Shown: positions 1-13,640 of the stretch, in pieces | Layout: every line of letters starts with the position of its first letter | Position numbering within the stretch: the stretch's first letter is position 1 | From: Paramecium tetraurelia | Taxonomy: Eukaryota | Length of the DNA: 48,756 bases | Assembly (NCBI GenBank): GCA_000165425.1 | Contig: CT868659.1 | Span: 310,001-358,756, forward strand | Reading direction: 5' to 3' | The notes under the pieces: generated by a model | What the model was told of the DNA's origin: nothing | The model's input: the letters and a program-made list of their open reading frames with translations, nothing else | Database searches by the model: none | Made by a program: the position numbers and the translations under genes

Positions 1-502
<502 letters not shown>

Positions 503-638
503 ATTGTTTTTCAAAATATCAATATAAATATCTTAAATTTGCAATTTTTGTACTTTTTTAACTCAATTCCTTCTGTCTTACACACCTTGTTAAGCAGCAT
601 TTTTATATATAATATTTAATAAATATATATTTAAAAAT

Positions 639-952
639 ATGGAGAAGCAATAAATCAGCAAATCATTTACCTACATTCCTACTGAGGAGAAACAGAAAGA
701 TCGGGAAAAATAATTGGATGTACATTAAAAATAACTCCTTCATCCCAAGCTTAAATGGACAGCTATATTGTTAGCATTACTTTCAGTTATTCTATACTCA
801 ATTGGGTTAGTATAATTTACCACATTTAAAGAGCATTCATCCAAATCCACTTCGAAGAAGACTCTACAGCCCTTTATTTGATCGCCTCCATCTGTCTATT
901 GCCTCTCACCTACTGCTTATTCAAAGTGTGTAAAAAGAAAGAAGATTTGTGA
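639..952 (+). CDS. Small two-transmembrane protein (TMEM230/TMEM134-like architecture)
   Basis: MEKQQISKSFTY..KLKWTAILLALLSVILYSIG|AFIQIHFEEDSTALYLIASICLLPLTYCLFKVCKKKEDL*. One ~26 nt intron joins the frames. Family assignment is tentative. Confidence 0.7.
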
Positions 953-1507
953 CTTATCAATTTTACTTATTATTAATGATGTTCTTATATTCCAAACTAC
1001 AAATATCATTTTATGGGCTTAACACAGCAAAATTTCAATTGATTCCAGAAAATTAAACTGTAATTCACGCAATAATAACTAACATTATTATCATGAAGAT
1101 ATTAAATAATATTATTAAATTATATCATCAAATATATAAATTTAATTCCTCTGAAAAAAGATAGCCAATAACTATAAATACAATTAAATCCTACCTGTGC
1201 AGTCACATTTGAGATAAGCTTAATTAAAAATAATAGAATCTTCTTACCTTCTTATAATTAATAAGTTACGACCTGAATAAAATAAAATATAAGCAAACCT
1301 AATGAGAATCTATCTATATATGTTAAATATACAATAAAAGATATAATTAAACATTCATAAGTGTTTAAATCTTTTAGATTAAAATTTTTAGCTTATATTT
1401 TTTTAAGGTTATTTGCATCAAACATAATTATCTGTAGTAGTAATCAAATGATTAATAACACATCCTTGAGTTCAATTTAATATAGTAGTGATTGTTAATA
1501 AAATTAT

Positions 1508-1514
1508 AAAAAAA
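1508..1514 (-). terminator. RNA polymerase III oligo-T terminator of tRNA-Tyr
   Basis: Run of 7 T on the minus strand, 1 nt after the discriminator base. Confidence 0.75.
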
Positions 1515-1515
1515 G

Positions 1516-1586
1516 TCTACCTAGGCGGAATCGAACCGCCATCCTAGGATCTACAGTCCTGTGCACTGCCATTGTGCTATAGGGAG
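1516..1586 (-). tRNA. tRNA-Tyr (anticodon GTA), intronless
   Basis: Reverse complement CTCCCTA TA GCAC AATGGCA GTGC A CAGGA CTGTAGA TCCTA GGAT GGCGG TTCGATT CCGCC TAGGTAG A folds as a cloverleaf. It has C1-G72 and A73 (eukaryotic Tyr identity elements), an A15-U48 Levitt pair and a TTCGA T-loop. Confidence 0.93.
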
Positions 1587-1780
1587 ATATTAACATTAAC
1601 AAGGACTTTAATCAGACTTTGTTTTTTTTGCTTTAATTTAAATAATAGTTTTAGTTCTTTTCAAGTTAAGAGATAATTTAACTCGAATTAGGTATTACTC
1701 TAGGGAATTAATAGATTATTTTTGATAATCAATTTTTGTAATTAGTATAATATAATTTATAATCATATTTATTAAAAATT

Positions 1781-4700
1781 ATGAATAGAAGAATGTATGA
1801 TTGTGGGTAATAATTAGCATTTAAAATCTTTTAGAATATGTTAGATGAGATTTGAAGACATAACAAGTTACTAGAATCACAAATAGAATGTAAATTTAGT
1901 TAATAATTCAAATTAGTTTTGTAATGGAACTAGTTTCAATGGTAATTTCAATGAGTAGTCAACGACTATGAATTTAGGGAAAAGTAAAGTAAATGTAATT
2001 TTAGGGTAGTAATAAGAAGCAAATTAATCATCTACGATGCTTTTAAATAATACAACAGAACAATTGGAATTGAATGAGCAAGAATATAAAATATTGAGGA
2101 GTCGAATACTTGAAAGAGAAAACAATAGCAATATAAACATGAGTTAAATGATGAATAATTCATTGACGTATTTGATATTCCGCATTCAATAGATATGACA
2201 AAGATCAATTGAGTCAGTTATAAGAATCAATGAATGCGTCAGTAAGAGTTGCACTCTTTGGGCAGGACTAAGAGAGAGAAATGATATTAAAGGAATTAAA
2301 GGATAGAACATGGAAAGAAAGAGAGTACCTCAAAGATCGAGATACAATAGACAGAGAAATAAAGAAGGCTAGGGATGCTTAGCGAGTACAAGAATTGAAA
2401 TAGTTAGGTTCAGACAGAGATATCCTATTTGAGAGGTATGAAATATTAACAGTATAAAAGATATAACAATTTTATCGCATAGTGTAATGAAATCTTAAAC
2501 AGTAAAAGTGGGTTATACAAGAAGGATAATTTAGATAGAGTGATTTAGTTAAATAAGATAAAGGAGTCAATAGAGTAGGATCGTATGAGAATAATGAGTA
2601 GTGTATTCAGCGATTTAATGAATTAAACGGGACATAGATCGAATGATGCTTCAAAGTATGCAGCACAATAGATATTATCCGATAATTCAGTTCAAGGTGC
2701 AGGTGCCAGTGATATTGCATAGCATTGGTAATTCCCTGATGATTAGAAAGTTGTTGAGTATGACCCTTAACAAATAAAATATGATTAAGATATGATTGAG
2801 AAGAATCTACAAGCAGCAACTCGATTATCTTAGGAGATTAAAATGCATATGGTTGGAATGGATCCTGCATTAAAACGATATGCAGAATCAAATGGTTATG
2901 GGAGTTTGGAGAGTATTTTTGCAGAGAAGAGTGAAGATTACAGTTCAATGACACCTGAACAAAAGAAATTAATAAATCTATTGGCTTAGGAGACTGATGC
3001 AAAAAGAGCGTTGGAAAGATTGCCTTATGGATTGGATTATTAGATCATGTAGAGTAAAGTGGATAAAATAACTTAAATGAGATTGGAATTGGAAAGAACT
3101 GTCTAAGAACAAAAGTATTATAAGATCAGGGAGAATTATGAGTAAACAGTGAAGGATTCTGATTAAGAAAGGAAATAGAACATCAGAGATAGACTGTTGC
3201 ATCAAATGGAATCATGGAGAGGAGAAAAGAAATACAATCCAACTGAGGGTTTGGTTATTCATTGGGATTGGTGCTTAAATGTACCAAAAAAATATGATAG
3301 ATGCCGATTGACATGGGGTATGTTCTTAAGAGGACAAACACTAAATAAGCCTTAGATTGTTGAGGATCATATGTGTATTAGTGATGGATTTAGAGTTAAT
3401 TATTGTATGTTCAATGAACATTAATATGTTTATGATGTGATACCAAATAAGGATATAATTGTTGTAATTGAGTTGCAATGTTATTATCAAGAGGGTGGCA
3501 GAAAGAGATTAGATATATATGGTTGGACAGTCTTGGAAGTTTTTGATATTAATATGAATCTCATTAGGGGAAGGTTTAAACTACCATTTTATCCAACTGG
3601 AACCAATCCAAGTTAATTAGTTTCATCCGATAAGCCTTTGAAGAGTGTTTCAAATACTCTGTTATTTTGCAGAATATCGTTCCCTTTTGATAATGAGTAT
3701 TCGAAAATGGAACCATTGAATCCTAGCACTATGACCCAAGAATATTATATTACTGGAATTCACAGTAGAACAATCATCAAACACGATTATGATCATGTTC
3801 CATAAACAATTAGAAAGAGAGGGTATAATCCTTTAGCATTTGATGAGTTGTTCAATCAAAAGAGAGAAATCGAACCTGAAGAGGTTGAGGTTGTGGAAGT
3901 AAAGGAACCTGAATGGTAAATGATGGAACTCGGAGAAAACAGAAGAGGACTTTACATTAACATTCATGAATTGCTTAATTACTTTGTGAAAACTAAATCA
4001 AAAGTTAGATGTTTCTTAACTGATGTGAAGAGAGGAGTGTTAAAGGATGAAAAGGATATACCTTGTTCATTTGAAACAGATCCATATGAAATGAATGAGT
4101 AACAATTAAAATCAGACTATTTCGGGGGACCTTTCGTATTCATCGAAGAAGAGTATCAGTTCTTTGTTGATCTTGTCACATATGCTCATAATAATAGAGC
4201 ATGGGATGATTTATATTTAATATTCTAAGTTTTCGATTATCCTCCAGAAAAAGTAGAATAGGAAGATGATAAGAAGGACAATAAGTCTGTGGTGTCTGAG
4301 TAATCAGTTACTGATGTTAAGCCTGTTGGTAAAAGATGGTATGCATTTAAGTTATTTGAGAATAACATACTTAAAATAGGCAGATTTTCAGAATTCATTT
4401 ATGAACCACCTATTAAGAAACCTCCCTTTGATCCTTTCGAATGCAGAATCTCAAATTCTTAAATAGATTTCAGTATCAACTTATTTGATTACAATATGGG
4501 CAATCTGAATGAATAAATGGAAAAATTTAAGCAATTGAGATAATTGAAGAGAAAGTAAAGAGGACATGGAAAACCTAAAATAAAGCCTAAGAAGGAGAAG
4601 AAAGAAAAATAAGTTGCTTATGATTGGTAGAATTTGCCATTGAGTGACAGACCATTTATTGAAAATATGAAATAGTAGTATTAAGATAGACCATTTGACA

Positions 4701-6374
4701 AAGGATTTGGAATAGATTTTTATATAGATTAAGCAAGATTCTTACCAGATAATGTGACCGTGTGTAAGATCATTTTAACATTCATGAATACTAATTTAGA
4801 GAAGTTGTATCCTCCCAAATCTGTACTCCCTGACATTGCAGCAACCACCTATTCGCCTACATTTAATTACAAAAACGAATTGAGAAGTCCCCACTTTGAT
4901 CCAACCACTATAGCATTCTTGACAATCCTAACTAAAGACAATACCTAAAAAGAAGTTAGAATAGTTGGATATTGTGCTATCAATTTGTTTTTATCCAAAG
5001 CCACCAAAATGTAACCAACCAATCCCTTGGAGAGAGATGTCGTCTTAATGAATGGTCTATATCAATTACCAATCCATTGCCAACATCCAGCTATGATAAA
5101 ACCCTTCAATATGAATAGAGTCCAAAAACTTGATAGATTGCCTTGCTCAACTCTACTTGTGCGTATTTTCCTAGCTCCCATGTCAGATGATGGATTCAAA
5201 CCCTTGTCTATTAATGATTTTAGTTAAAAAGATTGGGAGGCCAAGAAAGTGTGGCAAAGAATGCCTCCATATGGTACTGGTCTGTACAATACTTAATTTT
5301 GTCCAATCAGGGAAACTGAAAAGCTGTTATACAATATCAGAGTGCAAAGAAAAGACCCTAAACTAGTTGAAATTATGGAAAGGTTGTTGTCTATGGAGAA
5401 CATCTAATAGACTATGACTGCTGCTCAATTTTTGTCCTGGCTAGATGGGGCATTGGTAAGAGATGCCTACACTGATCTCATCGAACTGACTTTCTTTGCC
5501 AAATATAAAGGATAAGTGGGATTCAAAGTAAGTTTGGATGGATTTCATAATGTGCCTGATACTGATCATCCATATGTGGCTATTTATTCGATTAATCCAC
5601 CTGGAAGATTGTATCTATAACAGAATTAATAATAACAATAAAATGATATCAATTTAGCCAATGAAATTATCACTTGTACTTCATATAATTGGGAATCAGC
5701 ATTGCAATCGCCATAATTCAATGAAGGGTATTTCAAATTTAAAGATATTCCATTTGATAAAAATACTCATTTGGTATTTGATATTAGAAGAGTCAAATTT
5801 TCATAGAGGGGGACCAAGTCAATTGTGGAAAAGGTCGGATGGACAGTATTACCCATTTTCACATAAAATGGATTTGTCAAAAGTGGAATCTATTAGGTGC
5901 CAGTGCTTGCTGGAGAAATTACTTTCAAGATAATAGAAGAATTCTAAAGAGGAGAAATATGGGATTAAATAGACGAATTGACAAAATTAAAAAAGTAGCC
6001 ACTTAAATATTTGGACAATATGTCAATCATTGTAAGATTATTGGATGGTCATAGAGAAGGTCACTTCTAAACTCCATTTGATCATTCAAGAATGATATAC
6101 TCTTATATACCTAAAAATAGAATGTCTTCTTATGTATACAATGCAGGAGTAGATGCTAAATTGAAGACAGCTAAGAAATTGATATCAATTGCACCAAATA
6201 AATAATAATTAAATGAATTCAATGAAAAGATTTCCAATGCTTTGTATTAGGTAAATATCTATATTTTACATCTAGTCTTTGGGTCTCAAACCTCAAGATG
6301 CTGTGGCTGCCAAATTAGTACAAATTGAAAATCCAAATAATTAGACAAATTAAGATGATTAATAAATATTATGA
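1781..6374 (+). CDS. CCDC17-like protein: N-terminal C2HC Zn finger, coiled coil, several C2-like modules (~1,480 aa)
   Basis: The spliced N-terminus MNRRMYDCGICQMRFEDITSYQNHKQNFC and the domain KYNPTEGLVIHWDWCLNVP..IELQ..YGWTVLEVFD..LIRGRFKLPFYP resemble CCDC17. At least five tiny introns. TGA at 6372-6374. Confidence 0.75.
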
Positions 6375-6515
6375 TCAAAATTCATACTTTATTATAAATA
6401 TAAGTTATATTTTGGTCAAATAGATAATTAATTAGTATCAATTTATTATAGGCAACTTTATAATATTAGAAAATGATATTGTACAATTTTTAATTTAAAT
6501 ACAAAACTGATCATT

Positions 6516-7088
6516 TCAATTATTTGATTTTACTCTATTCTATTTCATGATTAGTTTTTCTTTATCCTCTAATTGTAGTCTGACCTTATTAAAATAAATA
6601 TCAAGGAATCTTTAGTGAGCTTATTCAACAGATTTCTTTTGAGCAGTATAACAGGATCTATCATATTAAAGGTTCTATTATTTTTCATCCAATTCAAATG
6701 AATCTATTAAGTTGTTTTAGCAATAAGAGTATTAGGATGGTTTTGTTTTATCCGATGCTTCACTCGGACTTTGAGCCTACTTTTAAGCACACTTTTCAAT
6801 TTTCTTAAATTGATATGATTATTTATTATTATTTCTCTTAATCACCTATTTCTTTTCAGAATTTTTGATAGTTCTTACAAACTCAAGTTCTGTTTAAATC
6901 TGTTTATCCGCAATTAATTTCTTTTTTATTACTCTTTATTATTCCACAATCTAAATAGTCTCAATTTTGCAATCTTCCTCAAATTTGATAGGTTCTATAA
7001 CTTGTATTTGTTATTTCTTTTATTATGAATATTTCAAGGACATTATCACATTTTTAGGAATTGAAATAAGTTTTTAAAGGAATTCCAT
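6516..7088 (-). CDS. Hypothetical protein (190 aa, intronless)
   Basis: Uninterrupted code-6 ORF MEFLQKLISIPKNVIMSLKY..HQRFLDIYFNKVRLQLEDKEKLIMKQNRVKSNN*. Confidence 0.7.
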
Positions 7089-7243
7089 TAAATATTATAT
7101 AATAATTTAAAGTGAAAATTTATTCTTAAATTCAATTTACGGTGTAATCATACTTTTAAGTAATCATTATACAATACCAATGAATAAAGTAATTAAATAA
7201 TGAAAATAATTTATAAAAAACTACTTAAATTAATGCTATTATA

Positions 7244-8210
7244 TCATTTATCAATATATTATGATTGCTGTTGTTTCTATTAACTAGATTATCTAGTAAT
7301 TTTAGTTTTCTAACTAATTTGTGATTTTGTATCACTGATATTCTTTTCCGACTTATTTATTTAAGAATCTGCTTCCTTGTAATTAGATCTCTTGATAATT
7401 TTATTGGGATTCTCTGTTATTATTCATAATATATTACCTTCCGGCTTTGGAATAGATGGTACTTTGATGCCTATCACACCTTATGGGTAATTTTGGAGGA
7501 ACTTTTCAATGCCTCCACTCAAGAGATATACATTCTCGAACCCTTTTTCAGCAAAGAGAGTGGCTGAAGGAATTCCATTCTTTTCATCAAAATGGTATAT
7601 TATTATATGCTTGTCTTTTTAGTTTTTCTAATTAAATGATAAAACATACGAATCTATGAATTTATTAAGTTAATTTGTCTTGTCTTAGGTTTGGAGCAGG
7701 GAAATTAACTGCCTCTTTAATATGATAAAGTTCAAATTCATCAGCATCTCGTAAGTCCAAAAGAAGAAATTCTGATTAATCTGTGATCCCCAATTATTCT
7801 GTAGCATAAGTAATTGCAGAGACTTGTGAGACTTCAGTAAATCTTGTCATTTAACTATGTTGACTCTAAGTATCGAATTATTGTAATTGCTCTTAAGCTT
7901 ATTGTTGTTAATCTGCTAACTTATAAATAGTCTCTTATTCTGTGTTTTCCTTTGATAACATAAAAAGTATACGCTGATAAAGTTAAACACAGTCGAACAC
8001 TTAATACGCTTAAATAATTCAGATCTTTTTTTTGCTATCTTGGCATTGCTTACTACTTCAATGTCTCTTACAGTTGGCCCTGTATTTAAGGTTTGTTTGA
8101 CATGATCATATTATTTGTTTTTGGGTACTTTTTTATCAAGGGGCTTGGGAATTCAAATTCATAAATACATTTCCTTTTCCTTTAACATAACCTATTGGCA
8201 ATTTGTCCAT
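7244..8210 (-). CDS. CEP41: Centrosomal protein 41-like, rhodanese domain
   Basis: KKVPKNKQYDHVKQTLNTG..ELFKRIK and FLLLDLRDADEFELYHIKEAVNFP..IIIYHFDEKNGIPSATLFAEKGFENVYLLSGGI match the CEP41 architecture. About four tiny introns. Confidence 0.88.
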
Positions 8211-8331
8211 ATTAATTAATTCAAATATTCTGTTAACTAATATATTAAATTTAACGAAAACATAATAGTGAATTTTAAGAATAATTGCAGTGATTATTAA
8301 TATAAAAAAGCAAAAATAGATTGAATAGATA

Positions 8332-10940
8332 TCATTAATACTTTTTGAGTATTTAAATTAACTATGATTCTTTGATTGGTTTAACTAAAAAGTCTGCCAT
8401 TCCAGAATTTATACACTTTTCATATTCTTATTGATCCGTATAACCACTACAACCAATTATTATCTAATTTGGAAAGCTTTTTAATATAATTTTGGTAGTT
8501 TATTAACCATTCATTTAAGGCATTTCAATATCCATGAAAACAATTTTATAGCCTGAACAAGTGCTGCAACATTTTTTATTCTATATTTTTTTAATGGATT
8601 CGCTCCCAGACAAGGCTTAATCAACATCAAATTCACTTGTAAACAAGTACTTTTTATTTTTATACAATTCCTATAATATTCCTTTAAATGCAAAAGTATT
8701 AAAACAATCATCATCAACAATCAAATAATGAAGACAAATTTATTGAGTAGATAAATCCTCCTTCGTGTTTGAAGGTATTTTTTAAAAACTATTAATTTCA
8801 TCAACTTCCTAAGGCTACAATGAAATTTCAGGTATCCTAAAACTAGAGACTTTCTTTTTGAAAAAGTCATCGATCAATAAATCAAAATAGAAATGGCAAT
8901 AATGATTATTCTTTTCGTTTTTTGAATCTATATTCAGTCCAGCAGATCCAATATTTTAAACAATCTAATTACTTATAACCAAACCCAATCCAACTCCTTG
9001 TTAATTGAGTTTTCTACTTTCTTCAGAATTAACTTTGGAGAATGCCTTAAACAAATTCAATTGATCTTCTTCTGATATCCCAATTCCTTCGTCTCTTACT
9101 CCAATTCTCAAATTCTTCGATTTTACCATCTCAAGCATTATTTTAATTTTACCACTTTATGTAAATTTAAAGGCATTACTCAGTAGATTAACGATTATTT
9201 GTTTAAGTCTGTTCCTATCCTAAAATATAAATTATGGAAGGGAAGAACTGTAATTGGTAGACAATTGAACCTATCTCAACTTAGCTTTTAATTCGAACAT
9301 TTTTTAGCATTCTTCAATTAAAGTTGATAAATTAAATGGTACTTTCTCCACTTTGAATTTACCGTTTTTAATTTAAGCCAAATCAAGCAGATCATTGGAT
9401 AAATTTAAAATATAGTTTGAGTTATCTAAGGCTATTTGTAATTGTTCATTTATCTAAGGGTTGTTCTTAATTTGGGTTTATTTGAGTACTTATTCTAGCA
9501 TTTAGATAATACAATTCAAAGGAGAACGGTATTCATGACTGACAAATGAAAGCATTTTTGACTTTTGTTTATCATATTCTTTTAGGTATCTAATTTTTTG
9601 TCTATGAGTTACATCTCTACAGATAATGATGATATTTTAATTTTTACTTAAAGTCAATGTTAGTTCAAGCAGTTAATTATTATCTGCATTAATATAGGTT
9701 TGAGATACTTGTATTTATTGATTTGTAAAAACAGTTTATCTTAAATTTAATTGTGTTTAAACAACTATACAATCTTAATTTTTTTATTTTAATAACATGT
9801 CAATAATATATTTTATTTTGTACTTCTGACTCTTTTCTTAACCCTAAGACACATCTAAACTAAGATTTCTCTATTGTAAATAAGTTTAATCTTTGATTTC
9901 AGTCGTTTATTTGAAAAGATACAAAGAGGGTTACCTTTAAATCTGTGAAACAAATAATAAGTCATCGTTTGCTTCTCCGTTAACTAATTAAAATGTATTC
10001 AAACTATCAATAAATTGAAGCACTTCTTGTTCAGACTCTCTATTGAATAGTGTTTTTGTGGCCTGGTTTAAATATTTGATAATATATGGAAAATTGGAAG
10101 AATTAGAGTCTGGAACTAGTAAAATTACTCCTTCTTTTAATAATTCTAAACATTGAATAGTGGAATCAGAAATACCATTATCGGCCAAAGCTGATGTATC
10201 TCGTATACCTGCAGAATTGGGGTTTTGATCTAAATCAAATTATGAGACACCCCTCTTTGAATTCAACATTTCTTATTTATTAGTATTAGTAATTTCAGTT
10301 AAAATTGATGTAATTTGAGACGGCTTTTATTTCATCAATGAAGAGTTGAAGTAGATTGATATCATTAAAGATATCAATAATTGTGGCTATTCTCTATCAA
10401 ATTCAATTCTCACATATGAGTAAACCAGCAAAAATATTGAGATTATTGCTTATAATGCCAATAATTGAGATTACAAACGCAACTTAAACTCTAAATACAG
10501 GTCTTTTATTAAGATTTAAGCCATTATGATTTATGAAAAGGGTATCCTACCAAAATTGTGCACATTCATTATTATTAAACATATCATATCTAATTGTATG
10601 CATATAATAGTTCCTTGTAACATGAACTTGTTAAAAACATTTTATAGCAATATTAATGCCAAAGTAATTGAAGTTATAATTATTAATTGTATCAAATTGA
10701 GTAGGCATGAGCTTTCCAATTAGTGATATATTGAGTATGAGAGAATCATGCTTTGTAACAGGTTGACCATAAAGCATTTTTGATTTAACATAATTTAATA
10801 TAAATACACTGTTTAAACTAAATTTCTATAATTTTCTTAATTTTTACAACCTTAACTACAGCTAACTTTTCTCATGTTCATTCCTTTCAAGTACTCTCTC
10901 AGACTCATCTATGAATTTATTTATATTTTTAGTCACCCAT
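8332..10940 (-). CDS. Hybrid sensor histidine kinase/response regulator with N-terminal hydrophobic segments
   Basis: H-box LSFVSHEYRSPLNCI (~9535), N-box RLKQIIVNLLSNAFKFT, G1 DEGIGIS, G2 GVGLGLVIS, receiver FMDIEMP..FLVKPI. The start is 10940 with two tiny introns, or alternatively 10908 without them. Confidence 0.92.
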
Positions 10941-11647
10941 AAAATAAATTTCGTACATATTATCTAGCATTTATTTATAATATACTTTAACTATTAATCA
11001 TTAATATGAGTTGTAGAATGCAAAGTTATGATAAAAAACTTGAATACCTAGTTCGTTTCTAAAGGCAGTTCAATAGCAATTTATGGTTATTTGTTTCTAA
11101 AACTCTCATTATGTGCTTTTATTTATATTAATTCACAGTTTGAAAATTGTACTATAAACTATGGAAGAATTCAGTTGATCAAGTTATATATACAACAACA
11201 TTCACTCAAACGATATTAAAGAGGGTAATAAAATGAATTCAATATTTTTACTCTGTATAATCATAATAATAATATATCGATGAATAAATATGCATAAGAT
11301 TAGAATTCTTACATCTCAAAACTGTATGATATTACTTATTAATAATAATATATCTTAGTTAAGCCCTTCTCAAATAAATATATATTGAGAACTATGAAAA
11401 ATTATTAGTGTAAATGATTTTTAATCTCATATATAATTTAGTAATCTTAATAGTTAACAATAAAAATATTCTAAAAATAATAAAATAATTAGTTTTCATG
11501 ATATAATTAATTGAATTTGATATTTTGAATGGTAATAATAAGTCGATGGATGCTTCGATAAATTCAATCAATGTTAAGAATAAAACATCAAGCACTACTA
11601 ATAATCATTATATATTATGCTAATTATCAATAAATATGATTGAACTA

Positions 11648-12495
11648 TGATGAATTCAAATGAATAACAGCCGTTCAAAGCTTAGCAATAATATGAGTTT
11701 ATTGCCTTGATAAAAAATGAGGAAGTTTCTAAAAAATGGTTTATTTGATCATAATTAAAGCAGAATAGGAGAATTAAGGACAAATCTCAAAGCCAATCAA
11801 GATGTTAAGTACAAGTTTTTATAAGGCTTTATTGATACTAAAATGAAATACAAGACAAGTATTTTATAGTAAATATATTATAATAAAATGAATTCGATTT
11901 TATGAATGGATTTTACGTTACTTTTTAATATATTTCATATTCATGTACTATATTCGTAATTCATAATAATACTTCCATAGAATACACGGTTGTTGTAAAA
12001 TAAGGTTGGTTTAAGGCAGATGATCTTGTATTATTTCAAAAAATAAAAAATCGAAACGAGGAGTCATCTAGACTGAGAAATCGAAGATTAATAATATTAA
12101 CCCAAATTCTTTTGAGGGCATCTTTATCCATCAAGTCATAAGATGATACCTTAGTTATTGAACATCATTGATACTCATATCAATTTAAAAGAAATAAGAT
12201 GCAAAATATATACTATATAACAAAAGAACATTCCACAACTTTAAATCAATAACGATAAAGTTCACGTAATGAGAAGGCTATATGATATCAATAATTGCAT
12301 TAATATGAAAGACTATATTTATTTTAAATTAGTTGTTTCTTTTAAGTAAAATGAAAGAATAAATGAGAGAATCATCACCACATACCTCATTCTGTGTTGA
12401 GAATCGTGTGAAGTAGTTTACCAGGTTTGATATTGAAGTGGATTATGAATAATTATTAAAATAGATAATGAATAATACTCTATATAAATTATGAT
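11648..12495 (+). pseudogene. Possible decayed protein-coding remnant
   Basis: Coding-like stretches (e.g. RKFLKNGLFDHNQSRIGELRTNLKANQDVKYKFLQGFIDTK) broken by TGA and frame changes. No family recognised. Confidence 0.3.
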
Positions 12496-12503
12496 AGGAG
12501 ACA

Positions 12504-13176
12504 TCAATACTTGAGTACAGAATTCTTAACTATAGCCTTGTTAGCCACATGACAACTTTTCTGTTGGATTTTTGAATTATAAATATAGCTAACAGAGTCT
12601 TTTCTCAAAAAGTTATTACTAAAGTCGTTATTATAATGAATACCCTAATATCCTAAACATCTATAAAAAGTTCTCTTGGTGAGTATATCTGGTGATGTGG
12701 GCTATATTCCTGAGCTTGTTCCTCAATCGGTTCATTAATTTCAGGAACTCTTAGGCTCCTGTTTCCCCCAAAATCTAGTAAATTAGATTTCTTTGTCGAC
12801 ATGCAAAAGATACAATTGCCTTTGCATAATTTTTTTGGATATTGGTAGATTTAACCAAGTAATTAGGCTTTTGTGACTTTTTTAAGAGATTATTCTTTTT
12901 TATCTTTTTCTGAATATTTGTCTCTTTAATTTCTTCTTAGTTGCTCGTCTATTCAGGTTTGCTTTCGGTTTCCGAGTAAGTTTTGTGCTATATAGCTTCT
13001 ATAGAATGATTAGGTTCAATTGATGATATATTTTCTGAAATTTAAGTCTAAGGTTAAGCATAGTATTGCTGTTAATTTTGAACCGAGAATTATTATGGCA
13101 TAATCAAATATTGATATCCATAGGGATACATAAGTTGATGTGGTACAAAATAAGCATTAAAATTTGTATTAAGCAT
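12504..13176 (-). CDS. Ciliate-type hypothetical protein (Y/P/Q-rich N-terminus, conserved-looking C-terminal helical domain)
   Basis: MLNTNFNAYFVPHQLMYPYGYQ..STNIQKNYAKAIVSFAC..MFRILG|NNFLRKDSVSYIYNSKIQQK..KY*. One 25 nt intron. Confidence 0.8.
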
Positions 13177-13640
13177 ATTATTATTAAATATTTTATAAAT
13201 CAATGTAAGACTAAATATTGTCGATAATAAATCAGTTTATTCACTTTTAATAAAGTATAAATATCAATTATTTATTAAAAAGAAATATTTACATATTAAA
13301 ATTGAAAGATCAGAGATTTAATATGATCTATTCATTTTTTAGGCCAACAAATAAATTTTATAAATAAGCAAAATCAAAATAGATTAAGTTTTTGTATATT
13401 ATAAATATTAGTTTGTCCCTGGGAATGCTAGTACTTCTAACAGTTTTCACTAATAGGTTGATAATATTGACAGATTAGTTCTTATTTTTACTTAGGATTT
13501 TTTGAAATTTAAAGTATTAATATTTATCAATTACAATAAAGAATAAAAAATTTATTATTACTAAATTAATTTAATACGTCTAGGAATTATTATTTATTTT
13601 AGAGATTGCCATTTAATTGATAGTAGTATAAATTAATTAT

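Noticed and set aside
2607..3205. Minus-strand ORFs 2607-2819 and 2978-3205
   Set aside because: Antisense shadows of the CCDC17-like coding region, with no recognisable motifs.
8332..10940. Histidine kinase as bacterial contamination
   Set aside because: It uses code 6, has host-like AT content and sits among ciliate genes.
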